Numbered from the whole stretch's first letter, positions 23,001-33,749 are shown. The stretch is DNA of 62,460 nucleotides, filler included, from an uncultured bacterium (GCA_964632485.1; 10 parts of 10 records of this genome joined end to end with filler, not necessarily neighbours in it), one strand, 5' to 3'. The notes: generated by a model from the letters alone, not told the origin. Numbers and translations: made by a program.

Positions 23001-23887
23001 GTAATTACTTAGATTGCTATATTTAAAATCCAAGTTTGACCAACATCGGGATAGCATTCTACCTGATGATGTCGCTATTCGAACAGTATCACGACAATCT
23101 CCATCCATGCGTTCGGAATCCTTTCGTTGCGTTTCAATTCCATTACCTTTTTCATATCACGGCTCCTTGCGTTTTTGATTCAATCTCCCGGTCCTTTTTC
23201 CCGGAGTTTTTTTTGCCTGCAATTCATTATAATCAATTTATCGGAATTGATGGATGCTCATCAGCCGACTTTAAACGCGAATGCGGCGAACCGGTCAAAT
23301 AGGTTCCAAGACTTGCGGTCAGCAACACGAGCGTCCCTCTTCCGGATCCCTCGCGGCGGCGGGTTCTCCAACCGCGCCCGCGCCGTTGATTCGACGCATC
23401 TGGGATCGCTCATTTTTGGAGTCATTGGCGCCAATAATATATATGCAGTTTTCATGCCAGAATTATACCATATCTTAATCCATTATCGGCCAACGAGTTG
23501 CGTTTTACGATTCTGTCAACTTTTTAAAAATCTGTTCAAAATGGGGAATTATTCTACGATAAATCGATTTTCTATCTAAAAAACAGGTAAATATTCTACA
23601 CAAATCGCATTTTTTGCCTCAAAAACAGGGAATTTTTTCCAAATCGTTTGTCTATGGCAACTATTTGACGGCTTCCCGCCAGCGCGCCGGTTGCGGGTTA
23701 TCTCCCTCTCTCCCGACATCTCAGGGGCCGTTCCGCAAGTTATCCCCCATCTATCCGCTACCTGCGCGCTTTCCCGAGTCTCACCGACGGCCCTCCGCCG
23801 CCAATAACCGAAACCGTTATTCAGTTGACCGATTCCATATCCCAAATAGATCCTTATAAACCGCAACGGCGGCGCTCAGATTCTCAC

Positions 23888-24216
23888 TTACAATTTTAAT
23901 TGTTGTATATCCTCCGTCGCCAATACCTGACGCGCGAGCGCTTCTATCTTCTCCACCTGCCGGATACGCTTCAATTTCAACATCGTTTCCGAAGGAACCT
24001 CCCCGTAACGCGCCTTCATCATACTGATCAATACATCCCGGGCGCCTTCCAACTTACCCTTTATTTCTCCTTCCAACTTACCTTCCAATTTCCCCTCCAA
24101 TTTCCCCTCCAATTTCCCCTCCAACTTACCCTCCTTCAATCCCTGCTCGTATTTCTCCTGTAAAATGATCTCGTCAAAACTTGTTAAATATGTCATGGGT
24201 TCTTCTCCTTCCTCGC
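23888..24216 (-). CDS. C-terminal part of an Rpn-family / DUF4351-like protein with EGKL repeats; 5' partial
   Basis: MTYLTSFDE...EGKLEGKLEGKLEG...RYGEVP; 12-bp DNA repeats; frame open to the contig end. Confidence 0.8.
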
Positions 24217-24327
24217 NNNNNNNNNNNNNNNNNNNNNNNNNNNNNNNNNNNNNNNNNNNNTTAATTAATTAANNNNNNNNNNNNNNNNNNNNNNNNNNNN
24301 NNNNNNNNNNNNNNNNATAAATTCTGT

Positions 24328-24672
24328 TTGTCAATTGAAAAAGGAAAATTTCAGAAAAAACTACTATCTGCGCGAAGCTTGAAATTATATTTACAAGATA
24401 AGGCAAATAATGTGGCGATTCGATCGGGCGGAATGCCATGCCCTGTTCTATTTGTATGGAGATGGCTGGATAATGATGGACGATTAGTACGCCAAACATT
24501 TCGCCCCAACCCTGCTGTCGAGATCGTGAAGGAGCTGATGGCGCCCGGTCAGGGAGTGCGTTTGCTCTTTAAACAGGATTGCGCCCGCGATGAGGATTGG
24601 GGTTACGAGATCGACACCCGCCATGAACCGGCAAAGGTTATAGAACTCAGACGGCTGTGGGTTGCGGCGTAG
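24328..24672 (+). CDS. Hypothetical protein or 3' gene fragment
   Basis: ORF only; the 3' half looks coding and the start is doubtful. Confidence 0.3.
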   Translation: MSIEKGKFQKKLLSARSLKLYLQDKANNVAIRSGGMPCPVLFVWRWLDNDGRLVRQTFRPNPAVEIVKELMAPGQGVRLLFKQDCARDEDWGYEIDTRHEPAKVIELRRLWVAA

Positions 24673-24905
24673 GACAAAGGGAATATGAATGAACGAGGCG
24701 GGGGCATATCAAAAGGTCTCTCTGACCAATTTTTTTAAGATATTGCTTTTTTCTTGCAAAAAAAAAATTCTTTTGTATATTTGATAAAACGGTAAATGTA
24801 ATAGAACCGAGTAATGAGTGCAGGTTAGATGTGAGAATTTTGAATAATCGTGTGCAGTAAGAGGGAAGGAACTAAACCGGAAGCCTCCAACAAAGGAGTG
24901 TACGA

Positions 24906-25589
24906 ATGAATTGGTTGAGGAAAATCTTCTCTTGTGGCAGCGCGCAACTTGGCGACCAATTCAATCAGCAGGTATCTAAGCAAGAAACTACTAATAAAAA
25001 TGAACCATCCTCCTCACTTCTATTCCCGGATGCTACTTTTGAAGAACTATTCAAGACAGTGCATATTGGGAATCAAATCTGGATGGCGAAAAATCTGGAT
25101 ATCGATCATTTCCGGAACAACACTAAAATTCCAGAAGTTCAGGACGGTAAAGAATGGAAAATGGCTAGCGAAGCGAAACGGCCCGCGTGGTGTTATTACG
25201 ACAATGACGCCGAGAACGGAAAGATATATGGCAAGCTGTACAACTGGTTTGCCGTGATCGACCCTCGTGGATTGGCGCCTGAAGGCTGGCATGTGCCCAG
25301 CCAGAAAGAGTTTGAGGAATTGCTGGATGCGGTCGGAACAGATGAGCATAAACAATATGACGCCCTGATAAATGGTGGATACTCAGGTTTCAACGCATTG
25401 CTGGGCGGGTGTCGTTTCAGTCACAATAATTTTCTCGATAAGGGTACCGACACTAGCTTCTGGTCTTCCTCGCAATGTGAAGACGGTATCGCATATAGTC
25501 TGCAAATTTGGGAACCAGGTAGAAGCGGGGCCTATTTGGTCAGCAGCTACTATCGGCTCGGGTTCTCTGTTCGTTGCGTCAAGGACTAA
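24906..25589 (+). CDS. FISUMP (Fib_succ_major) domain protein
   Basis: IGNQIWMAKNL, YGKLYNW, APEGWHVPS and GFSVRCVKD motifs; AAGGAG RBS. Confidence 0.92.
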   Translation: MNWLRKIFSCGSAQLGDQFNQQVSKQETTNKNEPSSSLLFPDATFEELFKTVHIGNQIWMAKNLDIDHFRNNTKIPEVQDGKEWKMASEAKRPAWCYYDNDAENGKIYGKLYNWFAVIDPRGLAPEGWHVPSQKEFEELLDAVGTDEHKQYDALINGGYSGFNALLGGCRFSHNNFLDKGTDTSFWSSSQCEDGIAYSLQIWEPGRSGAYLVSSYYRLGFSVRCVKD

Positions 25590-25777
25590 TCGCGCCCGGA
25601 GCGAATCCCAAGGAATTGTTACGGCCACATTATAATGTTGTTTATTGATTTCAACCCATTATCATTTTTTCCCATCTTCATCTGAAGCAAAACAATATAT
25701 CCTGAAATAAACTGTCTTAGAGTGCATTTATTGGAATAAACTAACAGTAAAAAAAATTTAGAACTGAAAAAAAAGAC

Positions 25778-25806
25778 TTGACAAATGAGCTTGGGCAATG
25801 TATAAT
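25778..25806 (+). promoter_or_regulatory. Perfect sigma70 consensus promoter
   Basis: TTGACA-17 nt-TATAAT. Confidence 0.8.
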
Positions 25807-25940
25807 AATTTAAATGAAATCATGGGAAGTTTATGGCAACCGTTACATTGAGGCGCGACAGCGTTGGAAAAGGTTAAATCTCAATTGAAAAGGATAAAAC
25901 CCGTAATATGTGTTCAGCTATAAAAGAAAAATATAAACAA

Positions 25941-26001
25941 TTGTTCTTATCCCTCCAATTTGGCTGTATAAGAACAACAATTATACACAAACGTTATGCG
26001 C
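25941..26001 (+). other. Putative attI/attC-like recombination site preceding the cassette
   Basis: Inverted repeat TTGTTCTTAT/ATAAGAACAA followed by GTTATGCGC at 25993. Confidence 0.5.
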
Positions 26002-26046
26002 AAGTAAGATACTGCTATATGAATCTGAAATTATTAAAATGAAAAA

Positions 26047-27144
26047 ATGAATAAAACGATAATACTAATTCTTATAAGTTTATTTGCATTATTGAAGTTA
26101 TCAGCACAATCTGCAAGTATTTTAAAAGTAGATAGCTTATTTACGCATCTCACAAATTCTGATTTATTCTCAGGAGCAGTATTAATTGCTGACAGTTCTG
26201 GAGTACTGTTATCAAAAGGGTATGGATTTTCAGACAGAGAAAATAAAATACAAAACACATCAGATACAAGATTTGATTTATCCTCAGGATCAAAAATTTT
26301 TACCAGCCTTGCTATAACAAAGCTCGCTGAGCAAGGAAAATTGAATTATACCGACACAATTGGTCAGTATATAAAAGGATTGCCCCAAGGGAATGTCATG
26401 ACGATACACCATCTTTTAACACATTCAGCAGGTGTTAAACAGTTTTATGCTGCAAAAGGATTTAAGTACGACGGTTCTATAAAAAACTGTACTGACCACA
26501 TTCCTTATATAAGAACTATGACTTTAGATTATAAACCAGGGGATAGTTGTTTATACTCCACTGGAGGATGTATGATTTTAGGAGCTGTAATTGAAAAAAT
26601 TACAGGATTAAATTTTCAACAATATATTACAGACTTTCTAATAAAACCTTTGGGCTTAGAAAATACTTGTTTTACCCCTTATTGGACATTGACTGACAAG
26701 CAAAGGGAATATGCAATTGGATACAGAAAAGATTCTACTGGATATAAACCGAATGCGTATAATTATGACTACGGTTTTGTACCTTTATCAGCGGGAGGCG
26801 CATGGAGCAGTGCAAATGATTTATACAAAATAGATAATGCAGTTTTTTCAAACAAAATTGTTAGCAGCGAATATGTGAAATTAATGACTACGAAATATAC
26901 AGAAATGGTAGCCGAAAACTATAAACTACAATTTGGATATATTTGGCTAATAGAAAACTCAAATACAGAATGCGTAGGTCATGCAGGTAATAGTAGTGGT
27001 TGGCATACTTGGAATTATTACTATCCTGAGAAACAAACAACGATAATTATACTTACAAATATGGGGTCCGTTGATATATTTGATTTAGCTACCCAAGTTG
27101 ATAAGATTTTATTTAAGGTGGAAAAGAATTGGCAACATAGATAA
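26047..27144 (+). CDS. Serine hydrolase (beta-lactamase class C-like family), secreted
   Basis: SGSK (SxxK), LLTHSAG, YST and GHAG motifs; signal peptide. Confidence 0.92.
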   Translation: MNKTIILILISLFALLKLSAQSASILKVDSLFTHLTNSDLFSGAVLIADSSGVLLSKGYGFSDRENKIQNTSDTRFDLSSGSKIFTSLAITKLAEQGKLNYTDTIGQYIKGLPQGNVMTIHHLLTHSAGVKQFYAAKGFKYDGSIKNCTDHIPYIRTMTLDYKPGDSCLYSTGGCMILGAVIEKITGLNFQQYITDFLIKPLGLENTCFTPYWTLTDKQREYAIGYRKDSTGYKPNAYNYDYGFVPLSAGGAWSSANDLYKIDNAVFSNKIVSSEYVKLMTTKYTEMVAENYKLQFGYIWLIENSNTECVGHAGNSSGWHTWNYYYPEKQTTIIILTNMGSVDIFDLATQVDKILFKVEKNWQHR

Positions 27145-27149
27145 TACCA

Positions 27150-27287
27150 GCGCATAACATGCGGTATAGTTAATAAGGGTATCAGTGGTTTGCGAGGCGC
27201 AGTAACCCGCTTCAAAATATACTGTAACTGGATAAGTAAGAACCCCGCAATCTCTTACTAACCATACCACCCGCGCGATATAGCCAA
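27150..27287 (+). other. attC-like imperfect palindrome
   Basis: GCGCATAAC start; arms GGTATAGTTAATAAGGG (27163) and CTCTTACTAACCATACC (27252); inner TTGCGAGG/CCCCGCAA; degenerate right end GATATAGCC. Confidence 0.7.
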
Positions 27288-27326
27288 TGGTAGTACGATA
27301 CAACCGAAAAGAAAGTATTTAAGTGA

Positions 27327-27806
27327 ATGAACAGCATGAAACTAAACGATATATTGCGACTTGACAATCTTAACAACGTGAAGATTCGATTCAATTTGAT
27401 GTTCGCTCAAAATTGGAACCCGATAGAACTTTATAAGAATGGCGACATATCAACAATGCTTGAAGGACAGTATTGGAATTACAATAATAACAAATCATAC
27501 AAAGAAGGACAAACAACCATTGGATTTGTTAAAATTACGCCAAAAGAAGATTTATGGTTGCTACTTCACATTGGACAAGTAACGAAGGACTTGAATATAC
27601 TCGACGGTGTTGGTTATGAATATCAAGACCTACCGGATTATGAGAAATATGTTGGACGCTTAATCGTAAAATTTAAGAATAAGGCACAGACAATGATTCG
27701 TAAAGCTAAATCAGTTATTGACGACTGTTATATATCTCAAATTTTGCCCGACAGTTTTGACAAAGTTAAATTGAGCATAATCAATTTGGGGTATATTTAT
27801 GGATAA
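27327..27806 (+). pseudogene. N-terminal part of a GIY-YIG nuclease-family protein, 3' truncated
   Basis: MKLNDIL..VKIRFN..WLL..Y..Y.GRLIVKF..QILP resembles the N-terminal half of that family; the nuclease domain is absent. Confidence 0.55.
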
Positions 27807-28998
27807 TAAAAACTTTAATCAAAAATCAAATACCATGTTACAAAATAATTATTCAATAACAACTAAGCCTAATGGCAATATCAAATTAGTGAACAAAAGT
27901 TCGGTTACATGGTTTTCGCATGCACTTTTTTTCAATATTTTTGTCTGGTTGCTTGCGCTACAATTTCTGATAATTTCCGATTACGATATTAGTACATTTA
28001 TCATTCGGTTGTCAATGTTAAGCCTTGTGGTTTTTTCTATTTTTTGGAGCGGAAGTCTCTTCTTGGCAAAAAGTGCAACATCGGGTTACGAAATCGACGT
28101 TCATAAGCGGAGTATTCAACAACAGGTTACGGGAGCGCCTGAACACGATATCATTATTATACCGAATAACGCTTTGTTGTTGCATTACAGCTACCGCTAC
28201 ACTACGCCTTCATCGGATAGTATTACAGGAGCAGACCGTTTTTTGAATATGTATGTTACTGCTTATGTTGTACCCGAAGAATCAGAAACAAATGAAGCAT
28301 TCATGCAGCGAATAACTGAAGCGTATAATACTGTAAGCCAAAAAGTGTACACCGATCCTGGGCAAACACCTTTACTGCCTAATGCCAAGCTTTTAAAAGA
28401 ACATCGTTTGCATGCTGTTCACCAAACTATTTTGTACAGTATCGTTATGTTTCTGGACAATCCTGTGCTCGATTTCACAAAATATCCTTATACTGTAACT
28501 GATAAATCGGATTTTGCCCAATCCCTAACAGAAAAAAATACGGACAAAAAAGGCACGAAAAATACGGTAAAAGAAAGGATCATACATTTTAAACGTATGC
28601 CGATGTGGTTACCGATAGCAATTTTTATTGTAATTTTATTACCGCTGTCAGCTTTTTATGGATTCTTTGCAACCCTCAAAAATCATGAGTTCATGCCGGC
28701 GTTTTTGTCCATGACCTTTTTTTGGCTAAGCCTATTGTCATTGCGCCAGCGCATTAAATTATCGGGGAGTGGAATAAGGCTTGACTTGTTGATGTGGTTT
28801 ATACCGCTTATACGAATTGAAAACATAAAATGGGAGGATGTCGGAATGCTGGATATACGAAACGAAAACGGTGCATATCTCGAATTTTTAGAAGCTTATA
28901 GCAACATCAGGTTGTTCGAAATACAACTCTATAACCTGAAAGAAGCAGAACGGATACAAAAAATAGTAGTGGATTATGCACGGACTGTGAATTTGTAA
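27799..28998 (+). CDS. Hypothetical membrane protein (two pairs of TM helices)
   Basis: 399-aa ORF with hydrophobic segments. Confidence 0.7.
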   Translation: MDNKNFNQKSNTMLQNNYSITTKPNGNIKLVNKSSVTWFSHALFFNIFVWLLALQFLIISDYDISTFIIRLSMLSLVVFSIFWSGSLFLAKSATSGYEIDVHKRSIQQQVTGAPEHDIIIIPNNALLLHYSYRYTTPSSDSITGADRFLNMYVTAYVVPEESETNEAFMQRITEAYNTVSQKVYTDPGQTPLLPNAKLLKEHRLHAVHQTILYSIVMFLDNPVLDFTKYPYTVTDKSDFAQSLTEKNTDKKGTKNTVKERIIHFKRMPMWLPIAIFIVILLPLSAFYGFFATLKNHEFMPAFLSMTFFWLSLLSLRQRIKLSGSGIRLDLLMWFIPLIRIENIKWEDVGMLDIRNENGAYLEFLEAYSNIRLFEIQLYNLKEAERIQKIVVDYARTVNL

Positions 28999-29028
28999 AA
29001 CACGCTTTTTATAACAAAAAATACAGCT

Positions 29029-29676
29029 ATGTCTAAAGAGTCAAAAACCATATATACTACTTGGCCATGGAGTGTTCCCGAGCCGTATAAAAGCATTTAC
29101 TGGTCTAAAGCACAACCACCCAAAGGTGTAACTGTTTTTTATCAGGAAACCCACGGTTTCTTGGGGCTGCTGTTTTACGGTTTTTTTCTTGCAATTGCAT
29201 TGTTGGTTGCTTACGTATTCGTTCCTGCTCCTTTTCAGGAATATGCGAAGATGTCCAATGAAACAAATGATGTAAGCATCGTATCTTTATTTTTTTTATC
29301 GATGCTTGCAATTATATCAACAAGCGCAGTTGTTTTGCTGATAGCTAAGTTTTTAATGGAGTTGGTTGTAGTAACTGCGAAAAATAAAATCCATTACGGA
29401 ATTTTCGACTTTGATGATTGTCTGGTCATTCGCCTTTCGATGTGGAATGCAATGGTACTGCCTTATGACCGAATTACGAATGTGGAAGTAGAGCGTGTCC
29501 AAACTGTTGAGATGAAATATCCGTCTTACAGGCTTGTTATTTCTTATAAAGACTACAATGATAACTACGAAAATAAGCATTATTCTCTTCCACAGGATTA
29601 CGAAGTGGCAGTATTGATAAATAAGAGAATAAAAACTGGAATCGCCGAAGCTGGAACCTATTTAGATAAGATGTAA
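29029..29676 (+). CDS. Hypothetical membrane protein (2 TM)
   Basis: 215-aa ORF, operonic spacing. Confidence 0.7.
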   Translation: MSKESKTIYTTWPWSVPEPYKSIYWSKAQPPKGVTVFYQETHGFLGLLFYGFFLAIALLVAYVFVPAPFQEYAKMSNETNDVSIVSLFFLSMLAIISTSAVVLLIAKFLMELVVVTAKNKIHYGIFDFDDCLVIRLSMWNAMVLPYDRITNVEVERVQTVEMKYPSYRLVISYKDYNDNYENKHYSLPQDYEVAVLINKRIKTGIAEAGTYLDKM

Positions 29677-29700
29677 CCAGTAGTAAGGTTTTCCTTATTC

Positions 29701-29979
29701 GGCTCTTTGGCAATTTAGGTGGGTAGATAGATTTTAAAACAGAATTGAGTTAGTAAAAAGGTCATTGAAAAATGATTATTAATTCACTATATTAAAGCTG
29801 TTTTTTTGTGAAATAATGGTGCATTATACCGTTGCATTCACCCTTTTGAAACTGAAAGGAACGACCCATGGAGATGACGAAGGAACAGCTTTTTGCATTA
29901 GCATTGCATATAGAGAAACCCTGGTATGTGGAATCGATTCAACTGAACGCAGAGAGCCAGCGGATCGATATAGAGATAA
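29701..29979 (+). mobile_element. ISL3-family left end with transposase start, truncated
   Basis: GGCTCTTTGG terminus; ORF from 29868 reads MEMTKEQLFALALHIEKPWYVESIQLNAESQRIDIEI, typical of an ISL3 transposase N-terminus. Confidence 0.8.
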
Positions 29980-30094
29980 TGTGTTGGTTCAGCGGGAAAT
30001 GGAAAACGAGGTTAAAAACAACTTAACAAAACACGGGTAGTGTATTGGTTCAGCGGAAAATGGAGAACGAGGTTAAAAACAACTTAACAAAACA
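29980..30094 (+). mobile_element. Two tandem/nested copies of one IS end (61-bp period)
   Basis: TGT(G/A)TTGGTTCAGCGG(G/A)AAATGGA(A/G)AACGAGGTTAAAAACAACTTAACAAAACA at 29980 and 30041. Confidence 0.75.
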
Positions 30095-30194
30095 NNNNNN
30101 NNNNNNNNNNNNNNNNNNNNNNNNNNNNNNNNNNNNNNTTAATTAATTAANNNNNNNNNNNNNNNNNNNNNNNNNNNNNNNNNNNNNNNNNNNN

Positions 30195-31184
30195 GATCGC
30201 GCGCCGTTCCCCCGTCGGCTCGAGAATCCGTTCCAGCTTCTTATGATCCGAAGCAATGTTGATGTCCAATACTTCCGCCGGGGCTTTATACCCATTCCGG
30301 TATTCACTCAAAAAATAGAGAACCATGTCGCTGTTGTAAACCCGTGTTTCCGCATCGGGCGAAAACAGATAGCCGTTGTAATAGTCCCGCATCTCCTGAA
30401 TATCGATGGGATAGCCCAGATCGTCGATCAGGTATTGAACCTCTTCTTCGGTGAAACCCTGCATCTCGTTGAAATCTCCGCGCAGGGTCAATGATTTGGC
30501 GATATTGAAGCCGCTGGTGAGGCTGTCGAGGGTGATGGGCGAGACCCCGGTGATGAAAATGCGCTCGACGATCGGACCCGACGCTTCTTTGATCACCTCA
30601 TAGAACTTGCGTATGAAACCGGTTTTCGAAACAACGTCCCGAAACAGGTCGTAATTGAAGCTGAAGAGTTCGTTGGCGAAATGGTCGTATTCGTCGATCA
30701 ACAGATAGATTTTCCGATCTCGCAGGTAGTGTTTACAATGCTCGACAAATTGGGTTAAAATCGATGCCGGCTCATCCGTAGGAGTAAATTGAAGGTCAGG
30801 AAGCTGATAAGCAGTGAGGAAATTGTTTAGCGGTCCAGTAATTTTTATGTTGAAACTGTGTTTCAGTGTCGCTTCGTCGCTGGTCTGGATACCACTGAAA
30901 TTGAAGCGCAGGATATAGTAGCTGTTACGCAAAGGCGTTGGGTTCCGCCCGATATAGAGATCGCCGAAAAGCCGATTGAAATCGTCCCGCCGCCGGATGT
31001 CATAATAGGTGGCCAATGTGTCGAGCCACAGCGATTTGCCGAATTTACGCGGCCGCAGGAAGACCAGATAGGGTTCGCCAAGGCTTTCCAGCTTTTCAAT
31101 ATACGGGGTTTTGTCGATGTAGTAATAATGCTGATCGCGAATTTGCGTGAAATACTGCAAACCGTACGGAATGCGTTTGGGCAT
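30195..31184 (-). CDS. AAA-ATPase-like family protein (usually fused to a PD-(D/E)XK nuclease); 3' partial
   Basis: YIDKT, FLRPRKFGKSL, LLIDEYDH and FITGVSP motifs; TTGACA-17-TATATT upstream. Confidence 0.9.
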
Positions 31185-31326
31185 GGCGACACTCCCGGTG
31201 AAAAGTGATGGCTTCCTATGCCAATATAATGCCGGTTCCGTCAGATGTCAAGCAAAAAAAATATGTCAGCCAATAGGCAGGGAGATGGCTTTCATCCCTC
31301 CGCCAGTTCATGGCGTTCTCTTTATC

Positions 31327-31547
31327 GGCTCTTTGGCGCTTCAGGTGTGTAGATAGTGGGGTGGGTGGATATTGGAAAAGAATTTGTCCGTCATAAAGTA
31401 AATAATTTGTGAAAAGCTTATTGAAACCAAAACAGTTTTTCCGGTTTCTGATTTACCTCTGGTTTACAAATTGGCTCTAAATTAATTTCCCGGACTTGCA
31501 CTAGTCTGAAATAATTTTAGCCCTCGTTCTACACTTTCTGCAGAACC
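31327..31547. mobile_element. Cluster of orphan IS ends
   Basis: 31327 GGCTCTTTGGC..AGGTG.GTAGATAG (like 29701); 31457-31490 matches 35877-35910 (30/34); 31522-31547 matches the 11540-11565 end (22/26). Confidence 0.6.
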
Positions 31548-31594
31548 TAAATGGCCGAATGGTCTATCAATAATATTTTCGTTTCCACTAATTT

Positions 31595-33391
31595 TTATTT
31601 TACGAAAACCATTTTTTTTACTTCGGTATAATTTCCTGCGCTGAGTACATAGAAATAGATACCGTTCGAAATTTGAGAGGCGTTGAACTCATATTCATAC
31701 GCGCCAGCCGGCTGAATTTTATTAACCGCTTCAAGAATTATTTCCCCAAGTATATTAATAATTTTCAATTTTACATGCGATTGATGCTTCAATTCATATT
31801 TTATGGTTGTTGTTGGATTAAAGGGATTGGGAAAATTTTGAAACAACCTATGTTTATTCGATAATCCTATGTTTTCTTTGATATCTGTTGCTGAGTCGTC
31901 TTTGATACATCGGACAGAAAATCCCATTTTTTTCTCATAATAACCGCCTCTATCAACGTTCACCGCATCATTGAAAATACCTCTTGCCCAACCTTCTGAG
32001 GCGCTGCTCGCCGTTGAAGTCCACCAACTGCCAATGCTGTTAAGACCGATATAAGCCTCAAAATTGGCGCGATAACCTCCGGGAAGCGCCGAAAAACCAA
32101 CTTCATTGGTTGCGCCGTTATTGGGATTTCCCCAATGAACAGTACCCGTTTCCTTTAATTTTCCGCCAGCAACACTTTCACCCCCTAATAAATCTGTTAA
32201 TACCGTCCAATCCGCATCAGTCGCAACGCGCCAACCGTCGGGAGCTAAACCCCTGCTGTCGTTAACTGCATACCAATTATATAATCTGCCATAATTCTCA
32301 GAATTACGGCTATCATTATTGTAATTGCAATAAGCTCCGGTTGTTGAATTTGCCCAAGCGCTATTTGATGAATCGTTCGGAATTAAATCACCGTTTCTAT
32401 ATTTTGTTGTTTTTAAATTTTCAACCATCCAAATCTGGGAACCAATTAGTATGGAATGATAAACATTGCCATCAACATCTATTATGGAAGAATCGCTAAT
32501 TATTTCATCAATGAAATTTGCTTCCATCCAATAAGGATTGCCGCCCGCCCCATCAGGCATCCAGGCTTCAAAGAAAAAATACTTTCCATCCCGAGAGATA
32601 ATAGGTGAAATTACATCACCGGAATTGATTGTTGAACCCAGGTTTATTGGAGTTGACCATGTCCCATCCAGTTTTTTTTTGCTTAAATACAAATCCGTAT
32701 TACCAAAACCGCCTGAGCGCCTTGATGCAAACATTATAAACCGTTCCGCCGGATCGATAAATGGCGTAAAATCCAATTGCGCGCTGCAAATTGCCATTAG
32801 TTTTTCCGGGGTTTGATATTGGCCATTAATAAAACGCCAAACGTAAATATCTTCTTCTCCGCTTTTACTTAGTTCAGCATAAACATTTCCATTATCTGCA
32901 ATCGAAAACTGCCAGCCAGTATAATAACCAGACGGAATATTTAAGTTCAACGGAACTGGTGATGACCATATTCCATTCGTTCTTGCCACTTTAAAAATAA
33001 AACCGTTGGAGCGGGGGGAAAGGAAATATAAAGTATCTTTGTGATTAGCAAAATACGGATTGTTATTTCCATAATTGTCATTGGAAAAAGGGGCTTTTTG
33101 GGGAGTAGTCCAATTTCCATTAATACATTCTGTACGCCATAATTCAACTCTTCCCGGATTATAGCGGTAGATTGAATAATACATTTCAGTTCCGTCCGGC
33201 GAGAATGCAGGCGTTCCATGATACTGCCATTGAGTATTTGCAACCATGTTATCAGGAACCAACCTTACCGGAGAGCTGCCGGGAAAAGCTTGACCCAGAT
33301 ATGGAAGAGATTGTGAAAAAATGGTGGTTGCTGAAATTATTATAATACTTATCATCACAATGAAAATTGGAAATAGTTTTTTAATTTTCAA
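31595..33391 (-). CDS. PD40/WD40-like propeller + FISUMP + T9SS type A sorting domain protein
   Basis: PAFSPDG, FASRRSGGFG..DLY, YGRLYNW, GFSVRCIKD and QNFPNPFNPTT...GIYFY motifs. Confidence 0.9.
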   Translation of the reverse strand: MKIKKLFPIFIVMISIIIISATTIFSQSLPYLGQAFPGSSPVRLVPDNMVANTQWQYHGTPAFSPDGTEMYYSIYRYNPGRVELWRTECINGNWTTPQKAPFSNDNYGNNNPYFANHKDTLYFLSPRSNGFIFKVARTNGIWSSPVPLNLNIPSGYYTGWQFSIADNGNVYAELSKSGEEDIYVWRFINGQYQTPEKLMAICSAQLDFTPFIDPAERFIMFASRRSGGFGNTDLYLSKKKLDGTWSTPINLGSTINSGDVISPIISRDGKYFFFEAWMPDGAGGNPYWMEANFIDEIISDSSIIDVDGNVYHSILIGSQIWMVENLKTTKYRNGDLIPNDSSNSAWANSTTGAYCNYNNDSRNSENYGRLYNWYAVNDSRGLAPDGWRVATDADWTVLTDLLGGESVAGGKLKETGTVHWGNPNNGATNEVGFSALPGGYRANFEAYIGLNSIGSWWTSTASSASEGWARGIFNDAVNVDRGGYYEKKMGFSVRCIKDDSATDIKENIGLSNKHRLFQNFPNPFNPTTTIKYELKHQSHVKLKIINILGEIILEAVNKIQPAGAYEYEFNASQISNGIYFYVLSAGNYTEVKKMVFVK

Positions 33392-33720
33392 AATAGTTCC
33401 TTCTTTAGTGTTTCGATTCAGCGCAAAATGGAGAACAAAGATAAAATAATGTAATACAAATCAAGTAAAAAGTCAAGAATAAATTAAGCTCCAAGATTGG
33501 TTCCACGGTTTTTATCCTTTCTTTTTTTAACCGCTTGATCAGGTTTGATCCAACGCCGCGCCAGATCGTCAATGGCCGATTCCTTGAACAAATGGGGTCA
33601 AAAAATCAATCTACTCTATAGGTATTCATCGGTGATTGAATATAAGAGGAGATATGGAAAAAAAAAATGTAGGAAATGATGTGTCAGGGGCCACATGAAG
33701 TATTGAGAAATAAAATTTAC

Positions 33721-33749
33721 TTGACAACTGGCTGTAAATGCGCTATATT
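33721..33749 (+). promoter_or_regulatory. Sigma70-type promoter
   Basis: TTGACA-17 nt-TATATT. Confidence 0.6.

Noticed and set aside
29980-30094. CRISPR-like repeat
   Set aside because: Only two ~54-bp units with a 7-bp gap, matching an IS end elsewhere; no cas genes.
10570-33391. Three FISUMP domains as diversity-generating retroelement targets
   Set aside because: No reverse transcriptase and no adenine-variant template repeat was seen in the window.
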